DNA of 64,000 nt from Schizochytrium sp. TIO01 (taxonomy: Eukaryota > Protista > Bigyra: Labyrinthulomycetes): assembly GCA_004764695.1 (NCBI GenBank), contig SMSO01000025.1, forward strand, positions 2,170,001-2,234,000, read 5' to 3'. A model generated the notes under the pieces. That model ran no database searches. It saw only the letters and a list, made by a program, of their open reading frames with translations, and was not told the origin of the DNA. A program made the translations under genes and the position numbers. Every line of letters begins with the position of its first letter. Within the stretch, counting starts at the first letter, position 1. Of the stretch, positions 57,797 to 64,000 are shown in pieces.

Positions 57797-60097
57797 CTAA
57801 GAAGATGAAGTAGATGAAGTATCACTTAAGGCGAAGACGAGCATAGCGCCGCAATCGCCACGCTGGCCAATGGTGACTCCGTCTCCAGAACCATCGCTTG
57901 AGGTGTATCCCGAGTAACAAGAGCAAATCCCTGTTGAACGATCGCATGTACCCTGTCCAGAGCATTCTATGAATTCTGTTGTTCCTTGAACTGTCTCGGA
58001 AATTGTAATGGTGCCAGTTAGTTGCGTAACATCAAACTGCATTAATGGTAAGTCTCCGGGGACCAAATAGCTTAACGTTACAGTTGTACCAGAACCGGAA
58101 GAGCAAACTTGAGTAGTAGAGCCACCCGAGAAGGTCACTTCAACTTCATTGATTGAATACAAAGCTTCTAAATAAGCTGTAAAAGTGTCCTTATTTGTGT
58201 TGTACATGATGTCGGGTGTTGTGTCTTCACGGAAAGTTGCTTGAAAAGAACCTGCACTAGCAATACAAACAAACGTCTGCACTTCGTTTACCTGACCAGT
58301 AGTTTGGGGATTGTCTCCATATGGGCAAGTGAGAAGTGTACAGTCATAAGATGCAGCAAATGAGGAGTAGTCCCAGCCAAAGGGGCCGTGAAAATATGCC
58401 GAGTCGCAATAGCAACCTTGGATAGATGCGTAATCCCAAGTATCATCATCAGGAATTGCGCCATAAGTCACGCCGCGAAGTACTCCATTATCCTCTGAAA
58501 GTACTGCAAGCTGCTGCATATTATAGCATGTCCCATGCCCATTGCATGTATTTCCATTCTCGGCTCCTGGGCATGCAAGCAACTGGCAAGCACTGCCCGT
58601 AAACCCTGATTTACAGCTACATAGCCCAGTTTCACGATCACAAATGCCCATATTTGAGCACTCTGCGCTTGTATGCACCGTGTTAGACGTGGAGGGTTCT
58701 GCAAACCACCTTAACCCAGTTGGGCAGGTCAAAAGAGCACAGTTATGACCTGTGTAACCAGTGTTGCAAGTGCATTTAAATGTTGTCCCATCACATGTTC
58801 CATGGTTTGAGCACGTAGTAACACTACCTGAACCATCGTCGCCGTACGGGCATCCAGTGGGAATAACAGAGTAATAACCACAATCATCACGTGTACCTGC
58901 TCCGCCTTCTCCATCTGAAGCTTCGAAAAGACCTCCCGTAGAGGCCACAGCTGTTTTTTGGCACCAACAGTCTCCGAATTGTTGGTTGCAGTATCCTCGA
59001 CCTGAGCATTCTGTTAATGCGGCGTCACCATCATATGATGTTCCTCCTTGGCTTCCTGTTGATCCTCCTGAAACAATGCTTAAGCTTGTGCTCCCTCCAT
59101 CACTAGTCAAGTAAGAAGTTCCAAGCAAGACTAAGTCTGGCAAATCACCTGGATCGTTACGAAACGTGATTTCTGCACTCACGCCATCATCATCACAAAC
59201 TGTCGAGCCTCCATACAAAACAACGTCTACTCCTCTGATTGAGCTCAAACTTTCGAGTTTGGTCTCTAATTCGCTTGCGCTATCTGAGTGAAGAATTTTG
59301 ACACTTTTGGACCTAAAACTTAAAAAAAAGTATCCTGAGCATGTGGTTGGACATGTGCACTCTAGGATTTGGACTTCCTTTTGATATGAACTTGTCATAT
59401 AGTCTGTGCCCTTTGTACAAGATCGTAATGAACAATCATAACCTGTGAAGCCTTCATCGCAGATGCACCCATAAATTTTATCTGCATCCCAGCGCGTATA
59501 TGTCGTCGAATAGAAAAGAGTAGCGTCGTCCTGAGTTTCTGCTGCCTCGCGGATTGACATGCACCTTCCACGGCCATTGCAAACCTTACCATTTATTTTA
59601 GGGCATGATAATCTCTCGCACGCCGGACCTTCAAAACCTGACATGCAATCACATGTCCCTCTTGTATAATCGCAGACCCCCATGTTACTGCATTCCACTT
59701 CAGTGTGTGCTACATCATCTGCTGTGGCAAAATTTGACCACGCTACTCCTTTTGGGCATTCTCGATACGAGCAATCTGGCCCTGCGGAGTTCTGATACCC
59801 TTTTGAGCAGCTGCAGTAAGCCCCTTCTATTGAAGAAAGTACACATTGGCCATGGCCTGAGCAGCCATTAGAGCAAGGTCCACCTGCTTGGACAAACAAG
59901 CGCTTTGGGTTCCCCAGTTCTGAGGCCATTAACGTCCCAAGAACAAGCACTGCTATGCGACGCAGGGAGGTACATCCTCTCGACTGCTTGCAACGCCTTC
60001 GTCTACGCGAGTTTATCGATATAGTTTCCAGCTCAGGCGTAGAACCCCTGTCTAAACAGGAATAAAATAGCTTCTCTGAAGTGTTAACGTCTTTCAT
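57797..60097 (-). CDS. Stramenopile tubular mastigoneme (flagellar hair) protein, Sig1/Ocm1-like, with multiple EGF-like repeats
   Basis: First ATG is 60097, followed by a hydrophobic signal-like stretch. Repeated 'CSGHGQC', 'ECSNMGVCD..G.C.C..GF.G.AC', 'WDADKIYGCICD..GYDCSLRSC', 'EVQ..C' modules and 'RDDCG/RGDCG' ends; two similar halves. Confidence 0.75.
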   Translation of the reverse strand: MKDVNTSEKLFYSCLDRGSTPELETISINSRRRRRCKQSRGCTSLRRIAVLVLGTLMASELGNPKRLFVQAGGPCSNGCSGHGQCVLSSIEGAYCSCSKGYQNSAGPDCSYRECPKGVAWSNFATADDVAHTEVECSNMGVCDYTRGTCDCMSGFEGPACERLSCPKINGKVCNGRGRCMSIREAAETQDDATLFYSTTYTRWDADKIYGCICDEGFTGYDCSLRSCTKGTDYMTSSYQKEVQILECTCPTTCSGYFFLSFRSKSVKILHSDSASELETKLESLSSIRGVDVVLYGGSTVCDDDGVSAEITFRNDPGDLPDLVLLGTSYLTSDGGSTSLSIVSGGSTGSQGGTSYDGDAALTECSGRGYCNQQFGDCWCQKTAVASTGGLFEASDGEGGAGTRDDCGYYSVIPTGCPYGDDGSGSVTTCSNHGTCDGTTFKCTCNTGYTGHNCALLTCPTGLRWFAEPSTSNTVHTSAECSNMGICDRETGLCSCKSGFTGSACQLLACPGAENGNTCNGHGTCYNMQQLAVLSEDNGVLRGVTYGAIPDDDTWDYASIQGCYCDSAYFHGPFGWDYSSFAASYDCTLLTCPYGDNPQTTGQVNEVQTFVCIASAGSFQATFREDTTPDIMYNTNKDTFTAYLEALYSINEVEVTFSGGSTTQVCSSGSGTTVTLSYLVPGDLPLMQFDVTQLTGTITISETVQGTTEFIECSGQGTCDRSTGICSCYSGYTSSDGSGDGVTIGQRGDCGAMLVFALSDTSSTSSS

Positions 60098-60833
60098 CTC
60101 GGCAGCAAACAAAGTTTCCGAACTGGCACCGGTTCAGGTCACCAATCGCCCTCAGGCCTTAGGCGAGCTTGGTGTACGTGGCCTTCCTCTGGCAAGCTTT
60201 GTTGGGTCAATTATCTACTCAAATACGAATGACAGCATGGGCTCCTTTAAGTTGTACGCTAGTTGGTCTTCATGTTCACAAAGAGGCCTAAAGAGGCTTA
60301 ACGGGTCTCGCAAAGTGGTCTATCATAAACTCCCACTTTTCTTTTTTGTCTCATTTTCTCCATCTTCGATTCTTGTTACTTAAGGAAAGGAAAAAAGATA
60401 AGAAATAGTCTTTACAAGAGCATTAAAAGATGGTTGTGTATTTCGGCAAAATATACCCGATCAATATTTTGGCGTAATTTCAAACGAGTGGCTTGTGACA
60501 AGGTCAAAGAATGCACATTTTTCTGATGGCATTATGTGATATTTTATGAAAAAGGTGAAGGAGAGGAGCTCTTTCTGCACAAGACATACATCTCATCTTA
60601 GAAGCTATACAAACTTTCTAATTCCGGAATGAGAGAAGTTTGGTGTCGCCTGGGTTTTGCCATGATACGACGTTGAAAAGGACTAACTAAAACAAAAAAC
60701 ACAGTTTATTTATGATAAGAATCTCGATCGATGTAGACGTAATTGTCAACGATCTAATTGGGACTGGGCTGAGAACTCACATACAACAAGGATTAAACGC
60801 GGGTACAATACGATATTACGTCATCACAACAGC

Positions 60834-63800
60834 TTAATAGTATCCTTCAAGCTCTTCAAGTTGTTTTGGGCTCATGTACTTCTTTGCCTCAGTGAGCTCG
60901 CGGTCAAGCCACCAAAAGCGACCCTGACCTGTTGCACTTGCAAGTTCCTCCTTAATTTTGTCCAGAAACGCAGCTGCCTTGGCAAAGACCTGAACAGATT
61001 TGGCCACAGCTGCTTCTGCTTCGGCCCGAGGTTTTTCTGCATGTTCAGCAGCTTCCTCGGCATCCGCTTGGGCTTTCTCAGCATCTTCACGAGCATGCTG
61101 GACTTCTTCACGAGCCTCTTGGGCAGCCGCGGCCAGGTCTGTAGCAGTTTGTCTAGCTTTCTCGGCAGCTTCACGTTGATTAGAAGCCTCCGTGAGAGCT
61201 TCCTCAGCTTCAGCTCTTGCTGACTCCTGTACAGAAAGTTGGTCCTGAGCAAGTGCACGCGCCTCTTGTGCAGCCTCACGTTGTTCACGAGCATGCTCTA
61301 GGGCTTCTGTAGATGCCACTAACGCATCTTCGGCTTGTTGTCTGGGCTCAATAGCATCATTTCGTACTTGCTCTGCGTGGGTGGCCGCCTCCTCAGCTCG
61401 TTGTTGTTGTTCCATGGCTTTGACACGATGTTCTTCTGCCTCATTCGCACGAGCAGTGGCCGCATCTCGCTGCTCTTGGGCGACGCGAGCTTGGTCCTGG
61501 GCCGTTGCGCGTTTTGCCTCAGCTTCTGCTCGCTTGTCTTCTGCTTTCTTACGTTCCTCCTCCGCAATTTGACGAGCTGCCACTGCTTCCTGGCGTTCAT
61601 CGGTGGCTTCTCCCTTAGCAACATCTGCGTCAATCATGGCCTGATGGGCCGCATCTGTTGCAGCCACAGCCCTTTCCCGAGTTGCTTCTGCCTCAGTTCG
61701 CATCGCCTCTGCAGCTTCGCGCGTTGCAGCTGCAGCAATTCGAGAATTCTCAGCAGTTTGGCGAGACGCTTCTGCTAAGCTCGCTGCTTTATCCGAAGCC
61801 TCTCTGGATGCCGTAGCGGCTTTTTTGCTCTGCTGCGATAGTGTTCGTGACTCCACAGCTAGCTTGCGCTCTATTGCTGCCTTCTTGCGAGCCTCAACTG
61901 CTGCAGCTCGTTGTTGCACGGCTTGTTCATGAGCTTCTTCGCTGCGAGTTACAGCGTCATTAGCGGCCTTACGCTGCTCTTCAGCGGCTTGTCGCTTCTC
62001 ATCTGCAGCGGTGGCTGCGTCAGAAGCTTTCTCGCGCTCAGCCTCTGCGATTTGACGTGCCTTCTCAAAAGGGGCACGTGCCTTTTGGGCTTGAAGGCGT
62101 GCCAAGCGAGCTTCTTCTGTAAGTGGTGCTTGTTTACGGAGAAGTGCTTCATTTGTAAGTTTTGCCTGTTGAAGAGGGAGCGGATCTTCTTGTGCCTCGA
62201 GCTGTGCCAGCATATTAAGAGCCCTATTGCGCGCAACAATGCCTGTCGATGGGTTCTCGGCAGTCTCGCGAAGAATTTCTTTGCGTTCAATCATCTCTTT
62301 CTTGGTGTTCTCCACTGCCTCAATGGCTGCTTTAATCTGCTCTTCAAGATCTTCCATAGCTTGTTCTGCAGCCACGGCTTTCCCTTCTGCCTCTGCAAAT
62401 ACGGATTCCTTAGCAGCTGCAGCATCCTCTTTTGCCACCGCACCAGCCTCGACCTTGCGAGCTGCCGCAAGAGCATCATTTGCAGCCTTCTCGAGCTTTA
62501 CAGCAGCGACCTCCTGACGCTTGGTCTCCTTTTTGGCCTCTGCCGCGTCTGCTTCTGCCTGATACGCTGCTGCCTCCTGATCTACAGCGCGAGCTTCTTC
62601 TTCAAGTGCTCTCTGTTCTGCAGCAAGTGCCTGTTCTTCGTTCTGACGAGCTGTTTCTTCACGTTCTGCAGCCTTCTCTGCAACAGCAGTAGCCTTTTCT
62701 TCGACCTCACGAGCTGCGTTTTCGCGCTTCAAGGCCTCAGCCTCTGCAGCTTTAGCTTTCTTCTCGACGCTGCGAGCTTTGACTTCAGCATCAATTGCGT
62801 CCTTTTCCGCAGCTTTAGATTCCTTTTCTTTCTGAACAGTGTTCAAACGAGCTTCTTCAGCACGTGCCTCGGCATCTTCGGCCTCGCTTTCATTTTTCTT
62901 GGCGTGGTCTTCAGCGACGACTGCTTCAGCTTCGCCTAATTTTGCAATCTTTTCTGCATCAACGGCCTCGCGTTCTCGGTCAAGAGCCTTTGCTTCTTCA
63001 TCCTCTGCCTCGCGCTGTGCATCTTTGGCAACAGACTCTGCTTCTGTCGCCATGTTGGCAGCAGCTGTCGCCTGTTGAGCAGCATCTTGGCTTGCTTCCA
63101 TTGCAGCAACAGCCTGGGCCTCGTAATCCTTCGCAGAGGCTTCTGCTGCTTCTGCATCAGCCTTAGCACTCTCGCTATCCTGTTCAGCTTGAATAGCTTC
63201 TTCTTCACGAGCTACTGCTTTTGCTTCGAGGTCTTTAGCAGATACTTCCTCCTCTTTAGCATGAGCCTCTGCATCACGTGCTTCTTGTTCTCTTGCGAGG
63301 GCCTCTTGCTCCTCGCTCTCAGCCTGATTTTTGCCGTCTTCGGCCTCTTCTTCGGCCTTTTCTGCAGCAGCTTCTGCCTCTTTGATTTGTTCTACTGCTT
63401 CCGCGGCTCGGTCTGCAGCTTCTTTGGCAGCGTCTTCTTCCTGTTTGAGAGTTTCGGCTTTAGCACTGCAATCGTCGAGGGCCTCTTTTGCCTTGTTGAC
63501 GTTGCTCTGAGCCTGCTCAAGTAGCTTGGAGTCTGAGTCATCTCCCTGAGGAGCATTTGCAAGCTCAAGCCAATCCACCTCGAATGCATGAATGAGCAAT
63601 TCGACGAGAGACACGTGTTTGTTGAAGTCTAAATCGACCTGCTTCATGACCTTGCGCATTTCGCGAACAGTCATAGTTTTACCTACACGCTCAAAGAAGA
63701 TGTGTGCTTGCTGCTCATCAAGCTCGTGGCCCTGATCCTTCAAGGGGTCGATTTCAATACAGACGTGGTAGTACTGCCACACAGTCTCGCATTTGCTTTC

Positions 63801-63992
63801 ATCCTCAGAGAACATCAAGCCCTTATTCCAGAATGCATTTAAGAAGCTAATCGCCTGATCTTTGTATTGTTTTGCGCCTAGCTCAGAGAGTCTTGGTAAA
63901 GCCTCGACCTCTTCTGGGGTACGGCGTCCAGATCGTGTGCTTTTACGCAGACTTCCGCGCAGACTTCCGCGCAGACTTAAGCGCTTCAACAT
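60834..63992 (-). CDS. Calcium-regulated actin-bundling protein family (Dictyostelium ABP34-like) with greatly extended alanine-rich coiled coil (1052 aa)
   Basis: N-domain 'YKDQAISFLNAFW..ELDEQQAHIFFERVGKTMTVREMRKVMKQVDLDFNKHVSLVELLI..ANAPQG' (EF-hand); central 'GIVARNRALNMLAQLEAQEDPLPLQQAKLTNEA'; C-terminal 'GQGRFWWLDRELTEAKKY'. GCCACCATG start context. Confidence 0.85.
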   Translation of the reverse strand: MLKRLSLRGSLRGSLRKSTRSGRRTPEEVEALPRLSELGAKQYKDQAISFLNAFWNKGLMFSEDESKCETVWQYYHVCIEIDPLKDQGHELDEQQAHIFFERVGKTMTVREMRKVMKQVDLDFNKHVSLVELLIHAFEVDWLELANAPQGDDSDSKLLEQAQSNVNKAKEALDDCSAKAETLKQEEDAAKEAADRAAEAVEQIKEAEAAAEKAEEEAEDGKNQAESEEQEALAREQEARDAEAHAKEEEVSAKDLEAKAVAREEEAIQAEQDSESAKADAEAAEASAKDYEAQAVAAMEASQDAAQQATAAANMATEAESVAKDAQREAEDEEAKALDREREAVDAEKIAKLGEAEAVVAEDHAKKNESEAEDAEARAEEARLNTVQKEKESKAAEKDAIDAEVKARSVEKKAKAAEAEALKRENAAREVEEKATAVAEKAAEREETARQNEEQALAAEQRALEEEARAVDQEAAAYQAEADAAEAKKETKRQEVAAVKLEKAANDALAAARKVEAGAVAKEDAAAAKESVFAEAEGKAVAAEQAMEDLEEQIKAAIEAVENTKKEMIERKEILRETAENPSTGIVARNRALNMLAQLEAQEDPLPLQQAKLTNEALLRKQAPLTEEARLARLQAQKARAPFEKARQIAEAEREKASDAATAADEKRQAAEEQRKAANDAVTRSEEAHEQAVQQRAAAVEARKKAAIERKLAVESRTLSQQSKKAATASREASDKAASLAEASRQTAENSRIAAAATREAAEAMRTEAEATRERAVAATDAAHQAMIDADVAKGEATDERQEAVAARQIAEEERKKAEDKRAEAEAKRATAQDQARVAQEQRDAATARANEAEEHRVKAMEQQQRAEEAATHAEQVRNDAIEPRQQAEDALVASTEALEHAREQREAAQEARALAQDQLSVQESARAEAEEALTEASNQREAAEKARQTATDLAAAAQEAREEVQHAREDAEKAQADAEEAAEHAEKPRAEAEAAVAKSVQVFAKAAAFLDKIKEELASATGQGRFWWLDRELTEAKKYMSPKQLEELEGYY

Positions 63993-64000
63993 GGTGGCGT

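Noticed and set aside
57797-60112. Teneurin/tenascin annotation
   Set aside because: No YD/RHS or FN3 regions; the WDADKIYGC and RGDCG modules fit mastigoneme proteins.
61911-62939. 342-aa + strand ORF and other antisense ORFs over the coiled-coil gene
   Set aside because: Antisense shadows of Ala/Glu-rich codons; the F/L/C/S-rich translation has no motif.
60834-63992. Bacterial TolA or phage tape-measure annotation
   Set aside because: The similarity would be compositional only; the head, turn and WW-x-x-RE tail motifs indicate the eukaryotic ABP34 family.

Overview
Eukaryotic nuclear DNA: intron-poor and gene-dense, with GT-AG introns carrying CTAAC branch points, and microsatellite-rich intergenic DNA. 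A stramenopile-type mastigoneme gene, ciliary genes and the overall architecture suggest a heterotrophic stramenopile, most likely a thraustochytrid or other labyrinthulomycete (inference only). I can support about 18 protein-coding genes: a double FKBP, an EF-hand/WW/B-box protein, an F-box/JmjC/APH-kinase-like protein, an 85-aa highly codon-biased protein, a SMYD-like methyltransferase, eIF2B-alpha, LENG8/THP3, biotin-protein ligase, LZTFL1, cystinosin, a Frizzled/Smoothened-like 7TM receptor, an RRM/ZnF/G-patch protein, mitochondrial GPD2, a CDK20-like kinase, a mastigoneme EGF protein, a giant ABP34-family actin-bundling protein and two unknowns. There is also a ~14 kb gene-free, repeat-rich interval (8.5-22.6 kb). 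I saw no tRNA, rRNA, CRISPR array or transposase. Strongest leads: (1) the ABP34-like protein has two register-matched, charge-complementary 53-heptad arms, a candidate ~55 nm antiparallel 'ruler'; (2) the biotin ligase has an overlapping uORF ending in a TAATG stop/start overlap that could switch between mitochondrial and cytosolic isoforms; (3) a beta-thymosin/WH2-like microprotein lies at the end of the gene desert; (4) a class-F GPCR sits near LZTFL1 and CDK20; (5) a SAM-like domain is inserted inside a kinase-like fold. All homology calls come from motif recognition by eye, not from database searches.
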